From: a virus
IMG/VR virus record: IMGVR_UViG_3300043773_000401
Location: 32,001 to 96,000 of that record
Strand: one strand, 5' to 3'
Length of the DNA: 64,000 nt
Positions within the stretch are counted from its first letter, which is position 1. Each line of letters opens with the position of its first letter. The position numbers were made by a program, and so were the translations under genes. Of this stretch, positions 22,801 to 31,200 are shown piece by piece. The notes beneath the pieces were generated by a model. That model was given only the letters and a program-made list of their open reading frames with translations. It ran no database searches and was not told the origin of the DNA.

Positions 22801-25185
22801 TCTAAAGTCTTCAGCTAAGAATTCACTAGGATCTACTGAAGGGAATTGTTTTCTTACTTCAGCATGTAGTGCTTCTTTCTGTGCAGGAGTTAAGAAGCTT
22901 TCTTCAAATCCATGCCATGCTTCATGATATATATCTGTATAGTCTGATCCTTTGTATAAAGTAATAGCATTAGATACCCATGATGCTACAGCATTAGGGT
23001 TACTTGTATTTACTGCATTGAATGCTTCTGTTACTGGCCACAAACTATTGAATGTAGTAGTAACAGTTTTAGCTTCACCTGTTTTAGGATCTATCTTTTT
23101 AACTGTAACTTTTTTAGTCTTAGCCCAAGCTTCAGCTGCATTAACTTTTTCTTGTAGTTCTTCTGCTGAGAGTTTTTCATTGAGAGCTTTCTGACTTCCA
23201 GTTTTATACTTAATGTTCTTTAAGATATCTAGGTCATTCTGTAAAGCTTCTACATTTAACTCTATAGGTTTTTCTTCTGCGGCTTCAGGAGTACGGATAG
23301 CTTCTACTTCTTCAGTAAGTGGTATAAATGATAAGTATCCATTAAGAGCCATTAACCTACCATTCTTAACTTCTAGTCTAGTATATGTATTAGCTTTAAC
23401 CCAATCTTTATAGGGCATAAAGTTAGATACAAGTGTTACCTGACCATCAACTGTTTTAAGTGAGAAGTCATTTACACTGATATCAGACTGAGCTAAATAT
23501 TTACCATTAAGATTTTGTATTTCTTTTACTAGTAGAGTATACTTACCATCTTTAAATAATAGACCATCAGAAGTATAAGGTTTAATAATCATAGACTTAT
23601 CTCCTGTCTTAGTAAGTACATAGTTAGTATTATCTAGTTTAAATAACATAGACATACCTTTCTTGATACCTAAGGCTTTATCCATCTTAGCATCATAGAA
23701 AGTATAACCGTCCCCGGAGAATAAACTAACATGGTTAGCTTTAATGCTAGCATCTAGTTGATTGTTTATTTCAGGATTTAGAGTAGGTAAAGAAGTTGTC
23801 TTATCAAAGCTTTCAAATACTGGAAGCTTGCTATATTGTTTAACATTTACTTCTTTAGGATATTGAAACTGTCCTTTTAGACGGTTGTATAAGATATCTC
23901 TAGTAGCAGGATCAAATCTATTATATGTAGTACCGTCTATTGTGATCTCTGTATCAGTCATGTCATCATAGTTGATACCTTCTTTTCTAGAGAATACAAA
24001 TAGGTTTAGTAATTTGATAATTGCATATGGACTTAACTGTTTACCAGTCTCATCATATACTGGAGTAGTTACTAAAGTAACAATATCATTTATCTTAGCA
24101 TCAGATAATGGTTGAGTTTGTACTTCAATAGGTTCATCCATGTATGGTACTTGGATATATACTTTACCTTCAGTGTCTGGAGTAGTAGGATTAAATACTT
24201 CTGCAATCTCTGTAAAGTAAGTTTTCTTATCTGTAAAGTTCCTAAGCCCCTTACTACCACCTATGATTTTAGATTTAACTCTTGCACCTGGGTTCTTAAG
24301 AATATGATTAATGATAAGATCTAATGTTTCTTCATCACGTTGATAAATCTCATTAGCTTCAGCCAGTGCTTGCTCAGGTGTAAGATATGGTTTATCTCTA
24401 AGAATAGTCTTAGCAAACTCTTGAGGTGTTTGTCTTTTAGTAGGATCTTGTGTTCTTACGTCAAAGAATTCTATGCGGGCAGATGGTTCAGATATATCTA
24501 CTATCTCATTATTACTATTGAAATATAAAGCATTACCATCAACATCAGTTAGTACATTTACTATTCTGTCTTCAGTACCTGCTGGCATTTCATAGTTTGG
24601 TATCTCAGATAGCATACTCATGGTTAAGTATATACCACCAGGTACAACTTCTGTCTCAGAGCTGTCATTATTAGACTTCTCTATTATACCAAGGATGTTA
24701 TTGATTACTTTGTATTTAGGATCTTCAGGATCTGTCTGTGCTCCTGTTGTAGTAAATAAATTACTAGGTCTTCTGCTTAATGGAACTCTTACTATTTTCT
24801 TGCCAATAATAGCTTGTACAGATGGGCTTTCTGGTCTTTCTGTAAATACGGGCTCATCTTTTTTAGTAGCAATGTTAAGTATCTTAGATAGAAAGTCAGG
24901 ATCTTTTTCAATCTTATCTCTTAGCTCTATAAGCTTAGCTGCATGTGGGGCAATACTATCGGATATAGTTTTATCACTAAGTAAGCTAATTAATGCAGAT
25001 GGAGTATTATAGGTATAGAATAATGCATATTGTGGATTAGTACCAAATTCTATAAAGTTATTATAGACATGTCTTAAGAATGTTTCTGGATTAGTTATCC
25101 CTACATTCTTTACAGTCTTATATATACTGTTACGTAATTTAGCTTTTATCTGAGGTAATTGTTCATCTGAAAATCCACAAAACAT
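13852..25185 (-). CDS. virion-packaged single-chain two-barrel DNA-dependent RNA polymerase (crAss-like, phi14:2 gp66 type) with zincin-like domain
   Basis: Catalytic SGGDFDIDK (DFDID at 18412-18426) preceded by RIPVQG; ADGQGYI and HKFSL segments; HEAWH (22912-22926) plus EFLAEDF; 3777 aa. Confidence 0.92.
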   Translation of the reverse strand: MFCGFSDEQLPQIKAKLRNSIYKTVKNVGITNPETFLRHVYNNFIEFGTNPQYALFYTYNTPSALISLLSDKTISDSIAPHAAKLIELRDKIEKDPDFLSKILNIATKKDEPVFTERPESPSVQAIIGKKIVRVPLSRRPSNLFTTTGAQTDPEDPKYKVINNILGIIEKSNNDSSETEVVPGGIYLTMSMLSEIPNYEMPAGTEDRIVNVLTDVDGNALYFNSNNEIVDISEPSARIEFFDVRTQDPTKRQTPQEFAKTILRDKPYLTPEQALAEANEIYQRDEETLDLIINHILKNPGARVKSKIIGGSKGLRNFTDKKTYFTEIAEVFNPTTPDTEGKVYIQVPYMDEPIEVQTQPLSDAKINDIVTLVTTPVYDETGKQLSPYAIIKLLNLFVFSRKEGINYDDMTDTEITIDGTTYNRFDPATRDILYNRLKGQFQYPKEVNVKQYSKLPVFESFDKTTSLPTLNPEINNQLDASIKANHVSLFSGDGYTFYDAKMDKALGIKKGMSMLFKLDNTNYVLTKTGDKSMIIKPYTSDGLLFKDGKYTLLVKEIQNLNGKYLAQSDISVNDFSLKTVDGQVTLVSNFMPYKDWVKANTYTRLEVKNGRLMALNGYLSFIPLTEEVEAIRTPEAAEEKPIELNVEALQNDLDILKNIKYKTGSQKALNEKLSAEELQEKVNAAEAWAKTKKVTVKKIDPKTGEAKTVTTTFNSLWPVTEAFNAVNTSNPNAVASWVSNAITLYKGSDYTDIYHEAWHGFEESFLTPAQKEALHAEVRKQFPSVDPSEFLAEDFRKFAMSGGKRTIKSPVRKSMFQKIWDFLTALFYGTNIEDVMIDPYSIPMVKEMYDNLYVGNLNQYTFRQSNSALVYNKTIENLSVDEKEELSYEDSEKIVTSINSIIAKLVASYNLLGQTKKFSTVLLSNKESLNVVLKRVKAELQANRNLVLYEIQTKFKDTDKLTIDQVKELQALNYKADLLDWTVKNFGENEESPADSKKGVVPYYIMKTKFLTADEKLSLEEESKDESTTYDKRGNEKSLSDMAAPEINRILSFINDYDASGNVVTDELGFEKLDSLGNNWFDFANLLEDNLGLTDILTRLNEKAKEKTRLGAKVRQFLSYLGNPDSPDQSEQTLLSVVQSAFNITNIQLIRTTLAYNNAEGTFESTVTTSGRNVFQTKRRIDDAFYLSTGHPYIVIDSQGRYLNTNALRSAYPAVSDIEKALTKDAYQTLYNFGVILTDSREVRDALSKSKKLRNIAYALGKALGYNKELDRSKDVIRFINDKNVASSLFRDENTAFNEIANIENDFSGKNVSFMVMTAENNMQYVHSQNMSLTMMINPVNAVSNLSQLLAMPHMSHLDKSRNPMLKNHTWMSSLFEKNGNKRGDNKLVIENLSGARLVDEHDIFLMGIESFSADNSTRILSDIETFMQRGFTSTLQAGDKSSTYRTGPEKLYVDIDKLSGSVVTDKFYIHPARFLSKLDDTDLSWKNNVTNIMLPKVYNEISRIIYMTAINNDPNPSRFTEYNAVIGGQRISEVGADFVDFKDMLSEDTMAAIKKAIKDNNVAQADVDKFFATKGADIQGLIAEDLLTYFDAKLSLFNTGIAKLMGGISNKTANTLFNRYRTQSFGKQIGISNDSENKQAIANAFYVNQLIHNLESVFFFYGDFINYNHSKNEFHKRNTGIQSTGNFMRTDPGFETYINVHKNVIGSYINSPVFTGNRPAAIPTYNGVINTAIVEDVNVRSIYYDTMYAAKLKESLEQGIELEEAKRRAERDLKNYEEMNEADGQGYISFPGIRIVMEGLGIWTPSHQRIYDLILSGKNVDTKTFNYFFPTLKMQMWGPLATEGFPVFGFHKFSLTPLNPAVIKGTKLESFHNRMVEQNVHYSTYISGSKMVSITSRTENGKPAYDKFYDTETTQLATINVDYKFTVNPVYPQYFKHQLETGSEFKGKVTLSTQLKKLIPLGLMENGVPVGYTGTIDEWEALAENEKLKFEKYKLYSNYLKVLNKLAARLEKNLAEEFGFTISYENGKKVYDIKDGNFEKFVTKIRRHLDNKGLPNHIVNYIAATTDGNGIQRDLSASLQATEIENAIASLIMKRLVKPKLHGEALIQVASSGYEPTELKRSGFRKPTEEEYNKWKGTTGTNDLPYYYSKEDGTTAAMKIKVALTGSFKKLLKLPSVIKYAEENNVSTFKALNILIKQEDWLKENRDMITLLGVRIPVQGFAQMDVMEVYEFLPESAGNIIILPSEIVAKSGGDFDIDKLTILMPSYRMEKGAPKLVEDVDITESIDDLQKSREDLKAKLDKVDEDFNEQLKKFDYVFTPEDKAKIKEFRKEFKDSKKQLITRGLTASTDEELDSIHESLISLTEDYITSQGKFIKSIVTGSKDYNNILDAWTAARKPILDSLEEVRTKIDQYSYNGIQNDLIKAMREILLSKDSYTKLITPNDTYYTQPLAEDEKDGLQMFVMGNFNSKSTVFSKPAKKGIIPTKIIEPDVNYHMREVNSVSKETLGIGAKNNVTNVQFNSSGMYLLPVGQSASGKSSYTQRLLMPAYNSIMVDGQPAISLAGIFDANFERNIAEQISQLMNGWVDAAKNPYIYYLQGNKKVSPVILFLVQAGVDLKTAIYFVSQPLIREYTRTKDLLTGPYARTIVPDQFIPRNISQVNQNAFSYLMNKGIYKNVFNRTLASEGRDFVSLLQNLLNTTYASPERKEILDILRDSFIDIQDNENEEIFRKTVNNKYNQYMESLRTPQYWLALGNEGQAMFSMDENWAEMFDNNNLLQTIKDTATERGENEDNWKEKIKADKNKVLNQQMMFLMHYLQIQEMSEAVRKVSANTDFDVINIGSIFELYNRDIKIEKLLASGRLPQRPIERIISDSPVSPFNAEDALRALVTRLFKLRRSETMETFIKKKMADPTIYNKVDSSYFPTVESYMDNFVNDFMLFVFQNTILNTNTTGKEYKSRALSYDVTIKDAPYLQYGAFVKDNVLYVNRAKLVNEFQSKAYIKSADYKYTVQDETDGTQRELAINLATIPANYITTSEEYVKFVMEREVLRSIYPSIDSLYSEGTYKSIEYKIIVDDLVATGRSQEEALATGYEVFLRNKALENIGNVNFMFYSRHALANKLNYIKQNYPELADTYSVLNVIESNWGPGRDEASRIKNIMINKASLDQDEKNKYNNNIIKLSDPTVVKVPNDPAANKFISDVFTMLPIYSFLQAGLNNASRFSLNSIVPTEAIDKILEKPIAFYSKNLNEEMLKLYFDKFNRVNAYTNIEKRDRLRDYRIFGQQAASILRGLDQPTAIVTAEVQTTPIPGKNNVNLFYFDPNKAVETAKAISANVNNYYLVNSSVVPTSKARPEGQWDNTLVDPKNWTKLSKANLLGLRTLRGLTQSEQLAELSKKPGAKKPVITTPVKELSLKDTIEELNSTINELTNLRENTRLFEKGDDIEVYFVKSDSESELELKSFSKTKLGYRVVLLSGEKEYTYFVNNEGKGEKIEILTGGVFEITPEIKEKKQELQKKAEELWTSYNTKRDQQVFIQGRVPSYVISPIPEKISLSREIVDNDGNLIRREAEDEVGYKVIIPGHNLKFYLIESTGNIEDLTSGRRIDRTQFKKGLLSIGTNLEKGSENEQRLAELGFDVSKLYKPEKDLSDVSEFTDVTVTETPIIEEVSLPAYSYKISSTESLEKAKGLIDEDIDKLVNLNKAGAVVNLNPEGYGTYLKDSPNKYNRELFTHISKRLYESFGYVNPGYYLSGEEKAMAQPPIEVTDQDVADYIIKCLTGL

Positions 25186-25202
25186 ATTCTATAGTATTTT
25201 AA

Positions 25203-28200
25203 TTATAAACCACAATCACTTGGTAGATCAGAGTCATCTGGATCAGCTGGTCCATTAGGGAAGTCTGAATCATCTTTTGATATACCATCTTTAGTTTCTG
25301 AATCAAATTTAATATTTTTTCCTGAAGCTTGCTTCATTTTAGTCTCAATTAATTCAGAAAGAAACTTAGTATCTATTGTTACCATATTTTTTGCTCTTTC
25401 CGCAATGTATTCAGCAACCTTATCTTTTATCTCTGTAAGTTTAGCAATATCACCTTCGGCTTCTCTTACTTGTTTAGCAAAGTCAAGTATCATTTGAGAG
25501 TCAGCTTTACTAACTTGCATAGCCTCAGTAACTTCTGCTTGACCAGTTAATACATTAGCTAGGTTATTAGAGCTTGCTACACCACCTATTCTAATTACTT
25601 TTTGTTTTTTAGTAGGTACAAATACTGATTCAGCTGCTCTATATTTTGCTAGTGTACTAGTAATTTCTTCTGGAGTGTTACCTCTAACAGCCATATGATT
25701 CATAAAGTCTTGATCTTCAGAAGATATAAACAATACATCTAGAGCTTTCTTATATGTAGGAGTATCTATAAAAGCATATGTTCCTGTAAGTATGATCTTA
25801 TCTGGGTTATCTGCTTTAAGTTCTTTCATTTTACGGAATGCTTCAGAATAGAAGGTCTTGTTCTTAAGTGCACCAGTGGCAAGTCTATCATAGATAGCTT
25901 TACCTATATTATTTCTTTCTAGGTCAGTAAGTACATCTCCTGTTTGTTCTTCTATCAAGTCAGCTAGTACTTGATCCATATCTATAATAAGACCAGGGAA
26001 CATTCTTCCTAGTGTAGTTTTACCAGTACCCGGAGTAGCATATATAATTTTACCTATATACTCTGGCTTAATAGCTACTTCAGTTGTACCTTGAGTACCA
26101 GTTACTGGCTTAGTTTCTAAAGCATCTAGTTCTGCATCATATTTAGCATTGATTTTATTAATTACTTCTTGTTCTGTTTTAGCTTCTATTTTTTCTACAA
26201 TATTCCAATTAGTAACTCCATCAAAACTTGGAGGATAATATAACATAGCATATCCTGTAATACGTTTTGCACCTGTTTTAACATCTGTTTTTGTTTGAGG
26301 AACTACTTTACTTAAACTTCTTTTTTGTCTTAATTTAATACTTTCTTTTAATGTTTCTATTTCAGCTTTTTTATCTTGTATATCAGTAGTAGGAGTAACA
26401 GGTACTGGTCCTTTATTATATATTTCTAGGATCTGATCACTAGTAAGTGCTGTTACCTGTTCTGCTGTAAGACCATAAGCTTCTGGAGATTTCTCAAGTG
26501 CTAGTCTAGCTTCTACTACTATTGGGGTTTCTGTAACCTCTGTAACTTCTGGTTTAGGTATACCAAGTATTTGGAAGATATCTCTTGAGCTATCTATAAT
26601 AATAGTCTTATCATCAGCTTTATCAGGATTAGAACTTCTTTTAACAGATGTATAAGATCTAGTTTTAATATCAAATGTAGCTTCTAAAGGAAGTACTAAT
26701 ATTCTTTTAACTTCTATACCTGTTCTTTGCTTAAGTAATTCTCTATATGCATTAAGTTGTATCTCATCAGCTTTAGTCTTATCAGGAGTGTTAAATCTGT
26801 TTACTCCTTCTTCTGTAGTTTTAAGGTCAATGATAAATACTTCTCCCTCACTATTTACTGCAAGCATGTCTATAGTACCAGCTCTCTTACCTTTAATCTC
26901 ACCATATAATGTAGGTACATTAGTAAGAAGTACAAATCCTTTTTTCTTTAATGTAACACGGATATCTTTAAGTACTACATATAGTTGTTTATAAAACTCT
27001 GGTGTTGTATTAAGGTTAGAGAAGTCTTCTCTTGTTTCAGGATTAGATGAATTTCTTTTTTGCTCTAATAATTCCATAGCTTTTCTATAGAATTGATCTA
27101 GAGATGTAATAGTAGAATCTGGATCTAAGTATTCTCTAAGAAGGTCATCTATATGTGTACCTCTAGCAGTAGCTGCTTTAAGTTTGTTGGCTGTACCTTT
27201 GAACTCTGGTTTAAGATCTGATACTCTACCATACTCATTATCATCTTCATCAACATATACACTTTTAACTTTACCATCAGCATCTGTTATAGTTTTAAGT
27301 TGTAAAGGTTTGCTAGTAAGAGGTAGTAATCTTTTCTTTATATCCATCATGATAACACTTCTCTTTGTAGCTACTTCTGAGCTAGGTTCAAAGATCATAT
27401 TATCAATAATTGTATTCTGGTCTTCTTCAGGCATTTTAGATATCTGGTCTTCAGAATATCCTAGATCTTTTAGAAGTTCTACTTTCTCAGCTGGGGTCAG
27501 AGAAAGAATCTCACCTGGTGTAGGTTCTTCCATCTTCTGAGTTCTTAATGCATATCTTTGTAAAAGAGGTGGGATATTAGGAGAGCTCTTATAAAACTCT
27601 ACATAATCTGAAGCTCCATTTGCCATTGCTTCTGCCTGCATCTCTGCAAGTAGATCATTAGGTAAAGTATCAAACTCTTCATTCTTAATAGCATTGGTAA
27701 GATTTTCTACAGATGTTACATCTAGTTTAGTTACTATTCCACCGGGAGATGGAGCAGCAAATATTCTAGAACTAATAATATCTACAGCTTCTTTTACTAA
27801 AGAGCCATCTATATCACCTCTTATTAATTCTCTTAGTACTTGTTTAAATGCATCAAATAGTTCTTGGAATAAAGATTTATATGCAGGCTTAGTACTTTTA
27901 ATTAATGCTAGTAATGCTTGGAATCTAGGATTAGTCATAGCCTCCGTCATAAACTCTTCAGGAGTAGACAATCCTAATGGTTTTATCTGATATAATGCAG
28001 CATATTTTTCTTTGTTTTCTTCTAAGGCAAACCAGTTATTAGCATTCTCAAACATTCTATCAATCTCTTCTTTAAAAGCAGAGTCTTTAGAATATTCTGT
28101 AGTTAATATAGATTTAAGAACTTCACGGATAATAACTCTCTCCATAGGAGTATTAGCATTATTAAATTCTGCTGCTCCATATCTTAAGTCTATTTGTATA

Positions 28201-31200
28201 CCAGTTGCAACTCCTGTAGTTCCTGGTTGTGTTAATCCAGTAACAAAGTTTACAGTTGTATCTGGTCTTACTATAGGTATAAGTAGTCTTGCAAGTAATG
28301 CTTCTCCTTCTGTAGCTTGTGGACTAGCTAGTATTGCAGCTAGTACATCCTTAGCACTTTTAGCAGTAGATACTTTAGGGTCAACACCAAATGTAGCAGC
28401 TAACTGAGCTAGAGTTCTGGTATCTGAAGCATCTTTTGTAGCAAAACTTTCATCAAATTCACCAGCAGGTCTTCTTTCAATAATAGTCTTTTGCATTAAA
28501 GGTCTGCCTATTTCACGTTCATGTTCAGCAATAAGCTCTAATGCTTTATTATATTTTTCAATTATAGCAGGATCATTAGATGCAGCATTTACTTCTACAT
28601 AATCACCTTTATCTATATCTGCTGGTATTAGTAAAAACTTAGGCATTCTACCTGCTCTGAAGTCAGCTACACTATCTGGGTCTAAGAACATTCCATTATC
28701 AAATAGTTTCTGGAAAAATTTATTAGTAGATAGTATCTTTTTAAATTCTAAGTAGCCTTCTTTAAGATATGTTTTACGATTAGCAGCTACATCTTTTAAT
28801 ATGTTAGATAGTCTTTCTACATGCTCAGCAAAGTTTCTAGGATTAGATAAAATGTTTACTGCCGTTACAGCAGACCTTTGATCTTGTTTAAGAGCATAGA
28901 AGTCAATTAGTTTTTGTAAGCTTTCTTCTAGGTTATCATCTAGTAATGACTCATCTTCTTTAGCTGCCAATTCTTTCATGTAACCAAAGTAAGCTTCTTT
29001 TAAATTGGCTACTGAGTTATTAAGAAGCTCATTATCTTTTTCTGTTTCATAGTCTAAGAATTCTTCTCTTGTCATAGAAAGAATCTTATCATATTCTTGA
29101 GTCTGCTCAGTTAGTCTTTGCTCTAATGCACTAATATAGCTTTTATTAGCTTCAATAGCATCTTCTATTTCTTTTCTTTTAACTGGATCAGTTTCTGTTT
29201 CTAAGTCTACTTCTAACTCATCAATTATAAGATTAGCTTGATCTATATCCTGAGTAATTTCTTTTGATGTAGTTTCTCTTTGTTCAGATAGTTTTGTTCT
29301 GAATTCTTCATCTGTTTTATATTTCTCAGATAATTCAGCAGCACGGGTATCTTTTGATTCTAATCTAGCTCTTATATCAGATAGTGATTTGATAGAGTTA
29401 TACATTTTAGATAATCTATCATACTTAGCTTGTTTTTCTTTAGCTTGTTTTTTCTGTTCAGCTGTAGCTTCCTTAGATGAATAAGCACTTATCTCTGAAG
29501 ATAGAATACCTAGTTCATTAGATATGAAACCTAAATCAAAAAGAATACTTACATCGGTAGCTTTAATTTTTTTACCACCAGGACTAGCAACTACTTCATT
29601 AAGCATTGTTTCCATCCTATCAGCTATTCTTTCAATATTATAGTTATTGAATGTAAAGTGTAATCTAGCTATATCATATGCTCTTCCTGTTATATTATCT
29701 TTAGGAAAATCATATCTACCATATTTGTTATTAAAGTAGTTCCAGTTACTTATATACTTCTCAGCATTAGTAATAGTATTTTCTAATCTTTTTCTAACAT
29801 TAGCACCATCTTCTTGTTCTGGTTTTGCTTCAATTGCTTGTAAGAGTTCATCATCAGTTAGATCTCTTAAACTTTTGAGCTGATCTAAGATTATATCTGC
29901 TTTATCATTAGCTAGTAATGTATGTATATGAAGTGCAAGAGAAGCATCTTTACCATCATGGAATCTTTTTGCATCACCTAGTTCTGCAGCTGTCTGCATT
30001 TCTAATGCTAGATTCCTTTGTTCTAAAGCATTCTGTTCTATAAGAGAGAAGATCTCTTGAGGTGTTGAGCCACTCTTTTGCATCTCAACAGCATTCATTG
30101 CTTCTATAAGATTATCTAAAGCTTTATCTCTAGCTTCTTTTTCTTTCTTAAGAGCTTCTTTGTTTTGTATTTCTACTCCTAAAATCTTATCAGGTCCATA
30201 CTTTTGATAAATAGAAACAGGTGCTTCAAAAACTACTTTTTGAGTAACTTGTGATAAACCACCCATTAATAAACCAGATAGGAATACATCTAATCCTTGT
30301 GCAGACATTTGACTTTCTACACCAGCACCAAATGCTTTTAACATAATTTCTTTATTACCAGCTAGCTGAGGATTCTTGTATATAGATGAGTAGTAATCTT
30401 TTATTGCTACTGATACTCCTTCTTGATAAAGTTCTTGTACACCCTCAATATAATTAGCTGCACCATATCTTAATAGTCCACCAGTTCCAGCTAATCCAGC
30501 TTGTTTATAAAAAGCTCTTTTAGTTAAAAGTCCTAATCCTCTTTCATATGCTTTATAGGCATCAGTACCTAGTTTTTTCCAATCATTATTTTTAAGAATT
30601 ATTTTACCAGCTGTTTGTAATCTAGTAAAGTTAAATCCTTTTAATGCTTTATCTAATACAAGCTTATTGCTATATAAGATAGCAGGTATATTGGCTAGTG
30701 TTGTTTTATCACCAGCAGTCTTAGCATTTTGATATATTTCTTTTGCAGCATCACTTTCAGCATCTGGTATTCTTCCATTCTGTTGATAGTATTCATGCAT
30801 GAGTTTATCAAACTGATCTTTTTGTACAAATCCACCTTCTAGTTTAGCTTCATCAAAAGCAGCATTAATCATCCTCATATCTCTATAGAATGCACCAAAG
30901 CCTTTTCTTAACATTGCTGCATCAGATAGTTTATCTACATGTTTTAGTTGATTAAAACCTCTTATATAATCTGTTGTTTGTTCTAAAGGGTTAAAAAAGT
31001 CTAGAGCAGCTCTACCAGCTCCTGCTCCAAATGCTTTAGCTCCTGCAAAAAAGTTTCTAGCAGTAGATACATCTCTAAGAGTATGTACAGTTTGTTTTAA
31101 GGACTTAACTCCTTTTACATAATCTAATACTTTAGATATTTCATTACCTAATCTAAATACATTTTGTCCAGTTTTAGCTGCTGCAAATCCACTAGCTCCA

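Noticed and set aside
2273-25185. Inteins or self-splicing introns in PolB or RNAP
   Set aside because: No C/S...HN-C/S/T intein ends or LAGLIDADG motifs were seen, and both frames are continuous.
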